Shown here in pieces: positions 51,497 through 64,000 of a stretch of DNA of 64,000 bases. The position numbers and the translations under genes are program-made. Position 1 is the stretch's first letter. Every line of letters begins with the position of its first letter. The notes beneath the pieces were generated by a model, which did no database searches, had not been told where the DNA came from, and saw nothing but the letters and a program-made list of their open reading frames with translations. Source of the DNA: Octopus sinensis (lineage: Eukaryota); contig NC_043006.1 of NCBI RefSeq assembly GCF_006345805.1, forward strand, positions 15,004,001-15,068,000. Reading direction: 5' to 3'.

Positions 51497-52096
51497 TTAT
51501 TTTAACAAATTTACATCAATAATGGCAACCAAAATATTTACATTGTTTCCTTTTGTTATAATTGTGGCAGAATGAGTTCCAGAAAACAGTGCATACCTTG
51601 TCAAGCCTACTATAAGTTAGAAAGTAGCAGAGAAAATAGTAGGGACCAAGATAAAAGTGGTGGTGATGTAGTTACTTATATTTATAAGGCTTCATGTAAG
51701 ATGTAGTCTTCGACCATTTAGAGTCAAATCCATTGGGAGTTGTCAACTGTATTCTAGTTAATTTGTGATAAATCAGTTACTGTCAGACAATCTACTTGAC
51801 TTCCAATGTACTGGAGCCATATAGGTAGCTTTATCTATATAAAAGGGTAGATTGCAAGAGTAGGTTGTAAGTGAACGTCAGATGGGGAAGGGGTGGTAAC
51901 TGGAAGAAAGAAGGATAGGAGTGGTCAATACTTATTTTGATGATCAAATAAAGGGGGATATAATGATAAACCAAAAGAGATAAGTGATATAAATTAGAAT
52001 TGAAGGATACGGGAGGGAGTAAATTTATAATATTAACAAAACCTAAATCAATATTTATATAAGGATAGAAATTAAACCCCAAACCTAATAATGTGA

Positions 52097-52307
52097 TACT
52101 CTTTTACTATTTTACTTGTTTTAGTCATTTGACTGTGGCCATGCTGGAGCACCGCCTTTAGTTGAACAAATCGACCCCAGGACTTATTTTTTGTAAGCCT
52201 AGTACTTATTCTATCGGTCACATATACCGAACCGCTAAGTTACGGGGACGTAAACACAGCAGCATCGGTTGTCAAGTGATGTTGGGGAGACAAACACAGA
52301 CACACAA

Positions 52308-52385
<78 letters not shown>

Positions 52386-52562
52386 TATATATATATATAC
52401 ACACATACATATATACGACGGGTTTCTGTCAGTTTCCGTCTACCAAATCCACTCACAAGGTTTTGGTCGACCCGAAGCTATAGCAAAAGACACTTGCCGA
52501 AAGTGCCACGCAGTGGGACTGAACCCGGAACCATGTGGTTCGTAAGCAAGCTACTTACCACA
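52097..52562 (-). mobile_element. Family-1 SINE
   Basis: Reverse complement of the family-1 body with an internal (CA)n. Confidence 0.9.
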
Positions 52563-54573
52563 AACTATTAAGAAATTTCTAAGCATATTCTTTAGAAGGT
52601 CGTGGAATGTATAACGGAATTAGATTATCATATGAGTAGAAGTATATAGAGCATCTTAAAGCAATAAAAAGAACTATTCTCTTCATTACGAGTGGATAAA
52701 TATAAGATATCGTAAAGTATGGTATCGAATATAAGGAGTAATTGAATTAGAGGTATACTAAACGTATTTATTTTATGGAAACAGATGTAGGAAAAATAAT
52801 TATCTCCATTTTCTTCTCTTAATTTAATACAGATTATATACTTAATATATACCTATTGATTTAGCGAAATTTTATTTCCCAAAGACATAAGGTGAATGTG
52901 TGTGGTAGCATGTGTGTGTTATAGCGTGTGTGTGTATGGTAGCGTGAGTCTGTGTGGCAGTAAATGAGTGTGTGTGGCGGGCATGTGTGCATATGGTGCT
53001 GGTAGCATATGTGTGTGAGTTTGATAGCGTGTGTGGTTATGGTAGCGTGTGTGCGTGTGGTGGCAAATGTGTGTGAGTGTGTGTATGTGTGGTTTAACTG
53101 TATCTGCGTGGTAATAACTCTTTACATGTGTTTGTTTTGTATGAACAGACACACATAAAGTGAAACAATATTATCGTCTTATCACATTAGAATTAGAAGT
53201 GAAAGAATAAAAGTGAAACAATATTACATCACACAAGGAAGTCAATTTGGACACAGAAATTACAAACCCCATTTCAGCGTATAAAGCTGTAGAAGAGAAT
53301 AGGTTGAGTGAAAAAACTTGAGCTACTTTAGGATATCTTTTTCTAACGTACAAACACTCAGTGGCGTGGTTGAATTCTCATTGGTTAGTAATGAAGGCTG
53401 TATCACAACGACGGTTTTCGATAGAGGGAAAAATATAATGTATTTAAATAGACGGACCGCCAAACATTTAAAAGTAAAGTAATGTTGTAGGGAGAACGTA
53501 CAAATAGCAGAGAGAAAGAGAGAGGGAGGAAGGGAGACAGAGATAAAGAGTGTAAGAGAGAAAAGAGAGAGAGAGAGGGAGAGAGAGACAGGGAGACAGT
53601 GAGAGAGAATGAAAGAGAGAAAGAGAGAAAGTGAAAGAAACAGACTTAAAGAGAGGAAGTATTGCAGAGGGTGTAAGTGAGAAAGAGAAGAGATAAATAA
53701 AGAGAGAGAGAGAGAGAAGAGGGAGAGAATCGCTTGAAAACTGCAGAAGTCGAAGGCAGAGAATCAGTTGAAACTAGTTTTTACAAAAAAACCTATGTGA
53801 AAAACCCGGTTGGTTTCTCGCATTACGCGGGAGCTCTGGGCAAAATGTTATGGTCCATGACCATTCTTGGCACATAAGTAATGTGTGCGTAAAGTTTGGT
53901 GAAAATCAGTTGAAAACTGTAGAAATGCATACGTACTACACACACACACACACACATCCTTTTTTTCATATATATAGATAACTCTAGTGTGGCATAGCAA
54001 CTAGCGCAGAAATAATGCATGCATTCACGAAGGTGAATTAATACTATCAAAGCATATATAGAATTGTCTCGCATAAATAAACATTTAATAATATATTTAG
54101 CTTATGTGTCTTTGCCTCATCTTATATTGATTTCTTGTTATGCTTTTTTTTTATATTTGTTGCATTACGTATGCACCACCATTACTAGATATATCAATAT
54201 ACTAATTTAATCATTCAAATTGCATACACTACAATCGTATGCATGTATGTATGTATGTATGTATGTATGTATGTATGTATGTATGTATGTAGTATGTATG
54301 TATGTATGTATGTATGTATGTATGTATGTATGTATGTATGTATGTATGTATGTATGTATGTTTGTATGTATGTGTGTATGTATGTATGTATGTTTGTATG
54401 TATGTTTGTATGTATGTATTATGTATCTATCTATGTCTATATCTATATCTATATATCTATATATCTATATCTATATCGATAACGAGCCATCATGTATGTA
54501 TGTATGTTTGTATGTATGTATGTATTATGTATCTTTCTATCTGTCTATATCTTTAGATCTATATATCTATATC

Positions 54574-54658
<85 letters not shown>

Positions 54659-54659
54659 C

Positions 54660-54732
<73 letters not shown>

Positions 54733-55329
54733 GAATGATATTTTGATGTGACTGTTCTATGTGTTCATAATCGAAATGAAGTAAAATGAAGTAAAATGAA
54801 GTAAATGTGGTGCACCTGAGCACTGTATACAATAATTTCATTATATTATTAAAATCAATGAACGAACGAATCAATCACGTTCAATAAGCAGATAAAGCAC
54901 TTTAACGAAGTTACTGGAGATGCAAACGCAAGCTTCATGTGGGTTTCATTCAACTTCTAAGGAAATTGCATCTACGTAGACAAAACGATAGAACAGTACA
55001 AAGTAATGAACGTTAATGTGCAATCATCAATGTCAAAAATATACAAGTGATTTTCATTGAGTTTTTCATTTATATCCTATTAACATGTATCCTTGAAAGT
55101 TCCACCTTTTATAAATGTTGTTATTTCTACTCTGACGCTGGTATTAATGGATTTCCATAACAGTATTTCATTATGTCATAGACTTCATTGATTTGTTTCT
55201 GAATTTATGTTTTTTCTTCCTTTTTTCTTGCCTTTTTTCTTTCTTCCTCTTTTTCTTGCTTTTTTTTTTCTTCGCGCATGCTTGTGTTTTCTTTGGTTTT
55301 AGATTTGTATTTTAATGTGGCTTTGTCAA

Positions 55330-55651
55330 ACTCCACCTGTCTAACAGCCGTGGACATATTTGCAAAGTCAGAAAACAGCACAGCTCCCATGACTTTCGGA
55401 AATATTTTTTCACGCTAAGAGTTGCTGAAGCATGGAACAGACTGCCGGCATCAGTTGTTAGTTGTCGGAGCACTGCATCCTTCAAAACTTCCATGCTTCC
55501 TGAGATTCGCCAACACTACACCTATTTTCTCCCTTCTATACACACGCAGGTATGTATCTGACTCATACACTGTTCACTTCCCAGACATTTGTACATTACT
55601 GCATATGCTTTTGACAAGTTGGGATGCACCTGTGCACGGTATAGAATAATT

Positions 55652-55660
<9 letters not shown>
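55330..55660 (+). pseudogene. CR1/L2-group LINE 3' end
   Basis: HDFRKYFFTLRVAEAWNRLPASVV..SFK matches the FF..RV...WN.LP C-terminal motif; (TTA)n tail; a second short tail copy at about 54805-54850. Confidence 0.78.
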
Positions 55661-55716
<56 letters not shown>

Positions 55717-55808
55717 GTTATTATTTTTTCCTTCTTTCTTCAAATTTTCTTCCGTTTCTCGCCGAGTGTTTTCCATACACCTAGGGCAGAATTATACACC
55801 TTGGGCAG

Positions 55809-55867
<59 letters not shown>

Positions 55868-56733
55868 CATGCGTGTTAGATAAGTAATTTTAAGGACCAC
55901 CAACAGCAACTAAGAGGATTCGAAACCGATTCAACATTTTTATTGATTGTCAAATAAATTTCCAGTCTTTTGTTTTCGCTCCTCTGCACTTGGAGATTGA
56001 TGAGGATGAGTTGACTTCTGAGACCTTCTCTGGTCAAGGAAAGGTCAATCCTTTGTTTTAGGTCGACCTACTTTAGTTGCCAAACTTAATAAATTCCCAG
56101 CGAAAAGTTTGGTCAGTCTTTTTGGTCACTGATTTAGATCAACGAGCATTCCAGCGCCGAATGGTGAAGAGACTAAATTGCCACGTATTTACTTTAACAA
56201 AAGAAGAGTGTACATGCATAAAGATCGTTATAAGATCACTAGAGTGTTATCCCTCATATGACAAGTAACTTTGGAAGTATACTTTTGTTACTATAGATTA
56301 TATCAGGAAACACTGCGCGTATACAATCATTACCATTTAAGTTTTCATTACGAAAATTGGATCTGTAGCGTAGGCTCTATATATACGTGCATTCGAACGT
56401 AGCAGGGACCAGCTGGCCTTCGGCCGCTGTTTGTGTCCTGTTGTGTCCACTACTCTGATTGGTTGATATTGGCGCAATTTGTCTCCTACTCTGTTGTGCC
56501 AACTGACCGTGGATTGCCAGTCAGAGATTTTAGATAGCATAACGTGAACAACCTTTTTTACGAACCCTATTTCGAGCCTACTACTCTCTATAAAAATCCA
56601 TCTTTTTCCTCAATACACGTCTTTGATTCCTGACCTTTTAAGGTCAATTCCCTGACCATGTAGACACAGCCAGTTTTATTTACTCACAACCTGTCACCAA
56701 GCCTTGTATGTGCACTCGTCCTACACCTTGTAT

Positions 56734-56777
<44 letters not shown>

Positions 56778-58199
56778 TGTCTCTCTGTATCTTTCTTTTA
56801 CTCTTTCTTACTAGACGGTGTAAAGCGTGACTTGGAGAAATCAACTAACCAGCCGGCCAACATGTATATCGGTTATTATTATATGGAAATGTACAATAAG
56901 TAAAAAGTGCTGACTTTGGAATATTATGTAGTGGATCTTGCATGCATGAAGTGGATTCGATCCACCACAGCCAAATTTAAATTAACAATGCAACAGAACT
57001 TTTCCCACGGTGGAACAATGGTTTTTCTCTGACAGCAGTTTTACATTTTCCAGATGCCTTTAGCTAGGCCGAAATAATGTCTTCACCACTTGACTCTTTA
57101 TAACCTCTTCTAATTCACCAAAAGCTAGAATAGATAACAAGACCACCAACTAAATCTATTGTTCTCAATGATATATCTATCCTTCTGGATAGTTATATAA
57201 GCAAGCACACCTCAAGCAAAAATCAGTTCGTCACAGTTGTGACGACTCAACGGAGTTAGTCACAGTCGGTGACGACTCAACGAAGTCTGGCTGACCAGCT
57301 AGTACCTTGGTCAGAGGGAGAAAGCAACTGTGAGACAACACCCTACAATTCTCTCTAGCTCTAATCCTGTTCTGTTACAACATCATTCTATCTCTCTGTA
57401 TTTACTACTAAACAATGAAGAGGACACAAACACAAACTTTACTTCGCATGCTTTTGGATTTATCACAACCTGCTCGTCGAGGCAAGGTAATTGTAACGTA
57501 ACGGTAAATAAATACTTTCTTAAAACTTCACACATTGTTCATATTTCACACCTTACAATATGCCGCCGTCATAATAACAAAATATTTTTATCGTTACATC
57601 TGCTGACCACAACATATAATATTGTGTACCTAATCAATTTCTCTCATTACAATTATATAAGAGGAAGATGAAGGTATGTTGTAAGAAGGGGAGGAAAGCA
57701 TGTTTCTATGAGAACGATATGTTTAAAAAGTTCAGCAACAGAACAGTCATTTACAAGAACAGAAAAAAATAAATGTTGTTTAAAAAAGAACGTCAAGTGT
57801 TGGCGAATTAGAAATAGCAGTCATTACCAACTTTTTCAATGAAGACAAAATTAAAATCGATGGATTGACACATAGAAACACCTTTGCCCATTACAGTGAT
57901 CATTGCTTTTCTTTTATTAAAGAATATTTGTGTTCTTTCTTTTATCTTTTGCTTGTTTCAGTCATTAGACTGCGGCCATGCTGGGGCGTTTGCCTTGAAG
58001 AATTTTAGTTGAACTAATCAACCCCAGTGCGTATTTTCTTTTTAAACCTGGTACTTATTCTGTCAGTATCTTTTGCTGAGCTGCTAAGATTCAGGGACGT
58101 AAACACACTAACCCCAGTTTTCAAGTGGTGGTGGTGGGGGGGAAAACCCAGGCTCAATGACACACACACGTACACACATTGTAATAACGAAAATGACTT

Positions 58200-59200
58200 G
58201 TGAATGGAAATTTTAAAACTTTATTAATATACTATGGGAGGAATTTCAACCGTGTTTCGTGGTCTGCTACCACAACAGCTCCTTTATAGGATCCAGTTAG
58301 CTCAAGACATCATCAGGAGGAACCACGTCCGGTTTCGGACCCTACTCCTCTACCGTTTTGACGTGGCAGTCCCCCACCCCATTTCGGAGGTGTCTTCAGC
58401 TCTGGTGTTGGGTGCATGTCTTCTTTCTTCATCTTTCTTCTGTTCCCTGGCCTCTTAGATGTAGCATCAACGAGTGTCAGCGGACGACTGACTGCCTTGT
58501 CAAATTTTTCCCTTTACCTGCTGCTATGCTCCAGCAGGCAGCCCCAGCAAGTTGTCACGTGACACTGTCTCAACTTTAACTGACCAATGAAGGCGCGTAG
58601 TCTTAGCCCACGCATTCTCTAAACGAGACCGTCACCTGTCAGTCAGCGAAGCTAATTCAGTGTCAGCTTGTCTCACCTAATGATGTTATTTTCCGCCGGC
58701 ATGTTATGACTTTCAAGCCATTTTTGGTCTTCCCGCTTCAGCCATATATAGAAGCTGGCTTTGTCGACCGCCTCTTATACTCTCCTTATTAGTTTTCTCA
58801 GTTCCGAGCTAGAAAAAAACAATACGTTTCTGCATCTTACATTTTCATTTGTGAGACATTTTCATATCCATGAATCTTGACGATGCCTCCATTACACGTG
58901 AATGCTTCTCCAAGAATTTGCATTAATGTTTTTTTGCTAGTCTGATGTTTGCCCTTACAGTCACCATTTTACACCAAACAGGAAGCTGCGTTAAATTCTT
59001 GGGCATTGCTTGTGAATGGTCACAACTTTCCAAGAAAACAAATGTTGCAGTACATTAAAGTAGTCTAAAAATTTCCATCCACAAGTGATTTTCGTTGTAA
59101 CTAAATTTATTCTAATCTGTAAAAAGTTCTGGATGTATAACAGTTCCATAGGATTACACTGGATAGTTTGGAACAACAGCCGACACAAGAAGCATAAAAG
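58200..59200 (-). pseudogene. Possible RLE-type (HERO-like) non-LTR element 3' remnant
   Basis: Minus-strand ELRKLIRRV*EAVDKASFYIWLKREDQKW recalls the EAAEKASRWLWLKR terminus of HERO-clade ORFs; the rest is too decayed to judge. Confidence 0.45.
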
Positions 59201-59331
59201 CTTTTATGAGCACATTCTGAGGTATTTGTCCCAAACGAATTAAATATATATATATTATTTTTTCTAGTTTCAGCGCCGTTTTGTGCTACACTGTTATGCG
59301 ACGAACTCGTCTAAATATGTGGCACTTATAT

Positions 59332-59379
<48 letters not shown>

Positions 59380-59387
59380 TGTGTGTG

Positions 59388-59436
<49 letters not shown>

Positions 59437-59559
59437 TATATATGTATGTATATATATATGGTAATTAAATAATTAAATATATATATATATATGTATGTAT
59501 GTATGTATATATATATAATTATATATATATATATAGTGGTATATATATATAAAGGTAGT

Positions 59560-60195
59560 GAGTAGCGAACTTCTTCACTACTTCAGGGAGTGACGACCCT
59601 GCCTGACACGAGTTCCGGGCTCAGCTGGCTCCGGCTGACAGTACCCGGTATGGGCCCCTATCCAGGGTTACGGAAAGGGGACAACCTTCAATGAAATCCG
59701 GAGTGGAGCCCCGAAGGCGGTCTAGTGTTCGATTCGACACTCTTCCGGCAGCTCCTGCAACCAAGCTGGTGCCAAACGTAATGCACTGCACTCCACTGGA
59801 CTACATCAGCAAGGTCGAGAGAGGAAACCTGACGATTGGGCTACCCAGGACTTTCTTATCTATAGCCCAGGCCTGCGCAAAACTGGAGAGGACACTTCAG
59901 TGCTGCTGTAAAAAGCTGCAGAAACAACACGGGAGGTAACAGTTACGAGTGATAAGTCATTCAGATTGGTGTAAAATATGGACGCTACGGGTTACCTCTG
60001 CCGGTGGGAGGGACTTCCGTGTCCTATTGGTTAGCTACTGCCCACCTCAAGCTGGGCAGCCCCCAGTTAATAAGGTGCTGACCCGCCACAAGCCGCCTGT
60101 TCCATTGGGTGCTGGAGCTAAGAGTACGACTCGAAAAGCGGCCTGCAACCTCTGCACCAGGCAAGCAACTAAATTCAAGAAAACACCAGTTCTGC
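59560..60195 (+). mobile_element. 5' UTR region of an RTE-like LINE running into the assembly gap
   Basis: GC-rich leader with GGGCAGCCCCCAGTTAATAAGGTGCTG, which I recognise from RTE 5' UTRs; no coding sequence is visible before the gap. Confidence 0.55.
59628..59730 (+). ncRNA. HDV-like ribozyme candidate, partly decayed
   Basis: P1 GCTCCGG(59628)/CCGGAGT(59698) with first G-U pair, then GG; P2 GGACA/TGTTC; P4 GCC/GGC; J4/2 GGTCTAG; P3 has two C/A mismatches. Confidence 0.45.
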
Positions 60196-60295
60196 NNNNN
60201 NNNNNNNNNNNNNNNNNNNNNNNNNNNNNNNNNNNNNNNNNNNNNNNNNNNNNNNNNNNNNNNNNNNNNNNNNNNNNNNNNNNNNNNNNNNNNNN
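60196..60295. other. Assembly gap (100 N)
   Basis: Run of N. Confidence 1.
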
Positions 60296-60316
60296 ATAAT
60301 ATATATATATAATATA

Positions 60317-60348
<32 letters not shown>

Positions 60349-60351
60349 ATG

Positions 60352-60431
<80 letters not shown>

Positions 60432-60571
60432 CAGACGGAGAATGAACATACTACTTTCAGGTTCTTAAGAATGAAATTAGCCTCTCTGTCTATATATCTA
60501 CCCTCTTTATAATGTTGGCAAATGAAATAGGGATAAGAATGTGCATTGTCCCTTTAATTGGAAAATTCTAT

Positions 60572-60659
60572 ATGTGGCTGATGATTGCTCGACATTTTAA
60601 AACTGATGTAATACTTAGTGCTTAATAAAATGAAGTAGCTTGAAACGATCGTACCACAT
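60572..60659 (+). ncRNA. Minimal type-I hammerhead motif, same repeat family as 11809-11896
   Basis: Stem I ATGTGG/CCACAT; CTGATGA 60578-60584; GAAA 60642-60645; palindromic ACGATCGT; GUA cleavage after 60653; downstream ACCTC.GGATAT..TGTTGCTTATTTTGATT shared with the 11.9-kb copy. Confidence 0.75.
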
Positions 60660-60798
60660 TACCTCGGATATACTTGTTGCTTATTTTGATTATAATCACC
60701 CCATTTGATTTATATGAATAATACCATACAAACTCCTGGTGCCTTTAACTTAAGTACCATATTCATCTGAATCTAAATTTTTCTGAACTTATAATACC

Positions 60799-60848
<50 letters not shown>

Positions 60849-61623
60849 GCGCACGCACACACACATTTATACTGCTTAGTGATAAAAAAAAACTTCAGAA
60901 ATCGACTGCAATGATGTATCATGATAGGAGGTCACTATTCTTGAAGATATCATTTTCATAGCCAACTAAAATAAACTGTTTTCACTCGTCTTAATGTTAC
61001 TAAAATATTTTAGCTTGTTCTAGTAGCATTTTTTCTTTTCTCCTGCACCTCATTTGCAGAGAAAAGGCTGTAATTTCACAAGAAAGTCTTACATTATGAA
61101 TGTCACGTTAGTTAATACAAGTTGTATGGCAATTCTCATTTAGCAGTATCTATTATAGATATCTCAGCTGTATGAACTTTTGTGTTAACTCATTTAACTA
61201 TGTGAATTGTACAATCCAATGTAGACATTTAATTTAGCTATGTAAATAGTAACATCTATTGAGTAGCTATTATTTAGTTAGATATATTGATTTTAGCATT
61301 TATTGTACATGTCCCATTTAGCTGTATGTTTTGTCCCCAACTTGTTTAAACAGCATCTCCTGTCCCCTGCACTGTCTCTTTCATTCGCCCTTTGTTTCAC
61401 ACAATGAGTGGGAGGGGGAGTTTAGGTATAGGCAAGAAGTTGATAGAAGACAGAGTGACAGAGGAAAGCCGGAGTAGTAGGAGTGAGGGGGTAAGAGACA
61501 GCAGCATGATGGATGTTCGTTTGGTGAGGGTTGAGTAAAGACAGACAATATGATCGAGAGAGTAACAGAAGAGAATGATGCAAGTGAGAACCAGAGCAAA
61601 AAGATGATATGAGTGAGGACAAT

Positions 61624-61705
<82 letters not shown>

Positions 61706-62199
61706 AGAGAGAGAATTGCTTTATTCACCAAAAGGTTGAGAAAAAGAAGGGACGATATGAGGACAGACAAAACAAACATTGGGGTCAGGGTTCGAATGAG
61801 ATGAACCGTATAAATAAACAAACAATTAAAATATTTACAATTAAATGAGAATGAATGATTTACAAAATATGAAGTGGAGGATGAGGTCGACCCCCACAAG
61901 CCACATACTCACTCTGAAGACTTTGCTTTCTCCTTTTTTATATTCTCGTTTAAACAGGTTCTTTCACTCGCAACATGCTTTGTTTCATGTGGAAAACGAA
62001 AAAGTCGATTAGCTCGAGACTGGAGATGAACATGCCTGTTGCAATTCCTTTCACTCTCGTCTTTCGCTACCTCTTTTGAACAGTAACTACCGAGAGAAAA
62101 CAGGCTTGATCCTTCCTACTCAGGGAGGTTGGCGGAATGATCTTAATTACAGATTCGTTCGACAGTTGTACTCTTCTCGAATGCGACAGCAGGTGTTTG

Positions 62200-62590
62200 A
62201 CATAAGCCCAGAGTTCAGTCACCTTGGGCTTCAATCACGTGCAGGACAGTTTCACTGTCCTGCCTGCATCTTGCGCAAACTGGCGAAGGCGCACACCCAT
62301 GTCTAAAGAGCTTATCTTGAACCGGTAAAGCTCCTCTGTAACATTGCCAGGCCAGGGACTTTTGGTAATTATCCATAGGCCCCGGTCCGAATGTTCTTTG
62401 GAACAGGCTGGCCAGTTGATCTTTGTCGAAACCCAGGACGTCGTCACATTTAAACTCTACTAACCCTCTATAGAAGAACGAGGTAGTACCCCCCGCCACG
62501 AGCGTTGCCCGACTGGGAGGGAAGCACGAGTGCCTGATGGCACTCTGCATGCCACACGCCCAACCTTGGTCTACACTTGATCCATGAATT
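62200..62590 (-). pseudogene. Tx1-like ORF2 C-terminal fragment, homologous to element A
   Basis: DNYQKSLAWQCYRGALPVQDKLFRHG..PVCARC..ETVLHV versus DNYQKSLAWQCFHAALSVRDKLSRHG in A. Confidence 0.85.
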
Positions 62591-62738
62591 CAGTTTGGTA
62601 AACGATGTCAGAGTCTATGTGCACTAAAACAACTACAGGATGGTTGGAGAAGAAATTGAAGAGAGTCAGCAGAAGTGGTATTATAAGAGTGATAGGAGGG
62701 ACCTCCTTTCTCCATTCAAATCATCATATGCTTTTCCA

Positions 62739-63915
62739 CTTCTTTGATCCCTCTTTCTGCTGGCTTCTTCGATCCCTCTTTCTCTTGGCTTCTTTGATCC
62801 CTCTTTCTGCTGGCTTCTTAGATCCATCTTTCTGCTGGCTTTTTTGATCCCTCTTTCTGCTGGCTTTTTCGATCCCTCTTTCTGCTGGCTTCTTTGATCC
62901 CTCTTTCTGCTGGCTTCTTCGATCCCTCTTTCTGCTGGCTTCTTTGATCCCTTTTCTGTTGGCTTCTTTGATCCCTCTTTCTGCTGGCTTCTTTGATCCT
63001 TCTTTCTGTTGGCTTCTTTGATCCCTCTTTCTGCTAGCTTCTTAGATCCCTCTTTCTGCTGGCTTCTTAGATCCCTCTTTCTACTGTCTTCTTTGATCCC
63101 TCTTTCTGCTGGCTTCTTTGATTCCTCTTTCTGCTGGCTTCTTTGATCCCTCTTTCTGCTGGCTTCTTGGATCCCTCATTCTGCTGGCTTCTTGGATCCC
63201 TCTTTCTGCTGGCTTCTTTGACCCCTCTTTCTGCTGGCTTCTTTGATCCCTCTTTCTGCTGGCTTCTTCGATCCCTCTTTCTGCTGGCTTCTTTGATCCC
63301 TTTTCTGTTGGCTTCTTTGATCCCTCTTTCTGCTGGCTTCTTTGATCCTTCTTTCTGTTGGCTTCTTTGATCCCTCTTTCTGCTGGCTTCTTTGATCCCT
63401 CATTCTGTTAGCTTCTTTGATCCCTCTTTCTGCTAGCTTCTTCGATCCCTCTTTCTGCTGGCTTCTTTGATCCTTCTCTCTGCTAGCTTCTTTGATCCCT
63501 CTTTCTGTTGGCTTCTTTGATCCCTTTTTCTGCTGGCTTCTTTGATCCCTCTTTCTGTTGGCTTCTTTGATCCCTCTTTCTGTTGGCTTCTTTGATCCCT
63601 TTTTCTGCTGGCTTCTTTGATCCCTCTTTTTGCTGGCTTCTTTGATCTCTCTTTCTGTTGGCTTTTTTGATCCCTCTTTCTGTTGGCTTCTTTGATCCCT
63701 CTTTCTGTTGGCTTCTTTGATCCCTCTTTCTGCTAGCTTCTTTGATCCCTCTTTCTGCTGGCTTCTTTGATCCCTCTTTCTGCTGGCTTCTTTGATACCT
63801 CTTTCTGCTGTCTAGTTTGATCCCTCTTTCTGCTGGCTTCTTCGATACCTCTTTCTGCTGTCTTCTTTGATTCCTCTTTCATTCCTCTATCTGCTGGCTT
63901 CTTTGATCCCTCTTT
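62739..63915. repeat. 25-bp minisatellite (GCTTCTTTGATCCCTCTTTCTGCTG), roughly 47 units
   Basis: Period measured between unit starts 63486 and 63511; occasional 24-bp variants. Confidence 0.97.
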
Positions 63916-64000
63916 CACAAGTTCCATCTGCTTGGAGTGCTGCTCACTTCTTTATGCAAATGACACACATACATGTACTCTCTTGCACACCAACCAGACC

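Larger units (their letters stand above)
50381..54206. repeat. Inverted repeat pair of about 245 bp (50381-50625 and 53960-54206)
   Basis: For example GATATATCTAGTAATGGTGGTGCATACGTAATGCAAC versus GTTGCATTACGTATGCACCACCATTACTAGATATATC. Confidence 0.9.

Noticed and set aside
58225-58330. Minus-strand CTGATGA...GAAACACGGTT hammerhead-like pattern
   Set aside because: Stem I has only 2 bp, and stem II cannot be drawn directly from the core.
61958-62029. Possible terminal host exon after a good acceptor (TTCTCGTTTAAACAG), frame 0 VLSLATCFVSCGKRKSRLARDWR*
   Set aside because: Phase unknown, all three frames are short, and there is no upstream exon or homology; splice-junction reads would be needed.

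Overview
This is AT-rich, repeat-saturated eukaryotic DNA. The SINE families and microsatellite load suggest an octopus/cephalopod genome; that is an inference, not a database match. I can support no intact host protein-coding gene, rRNA, true tRNA gene or CRISPR array. Most ORFs in the track are microsatellite read-throughs or antisense frames of transposons. The window holds tRNA-derived SINEs of at least four families, RTE and CR1 LINE pieces, Penelope-like elements (one near full length with pLTRs), three mariners, a Gypsy integrase with 3' LTR, two non-autonomous Helitrons, MITE/foldback elements and Tx1-like (L1 group) non-LTR elements. Four things stand out. (1) Two tandem Tx1-like derivatives are inserted at one 15-bp site between the A and B boxes of a SINE (26.7-29.8 kb). 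(2) A second tandem array of two diverged ORF1-only Tx1-like elements sits at a different repeated target (32.7-36.8 kb). (3) About ten minimal type-I hammerhead ribozyme motifs occur, several with copy-specific complementary stem I, two of them in the arms of a nested 3.7-kb palindrome. (4) An HDV-like ribozyme candidate lies in an RTE 5' region. All alignments, translations and folds were done by eye and need computational confirmation.
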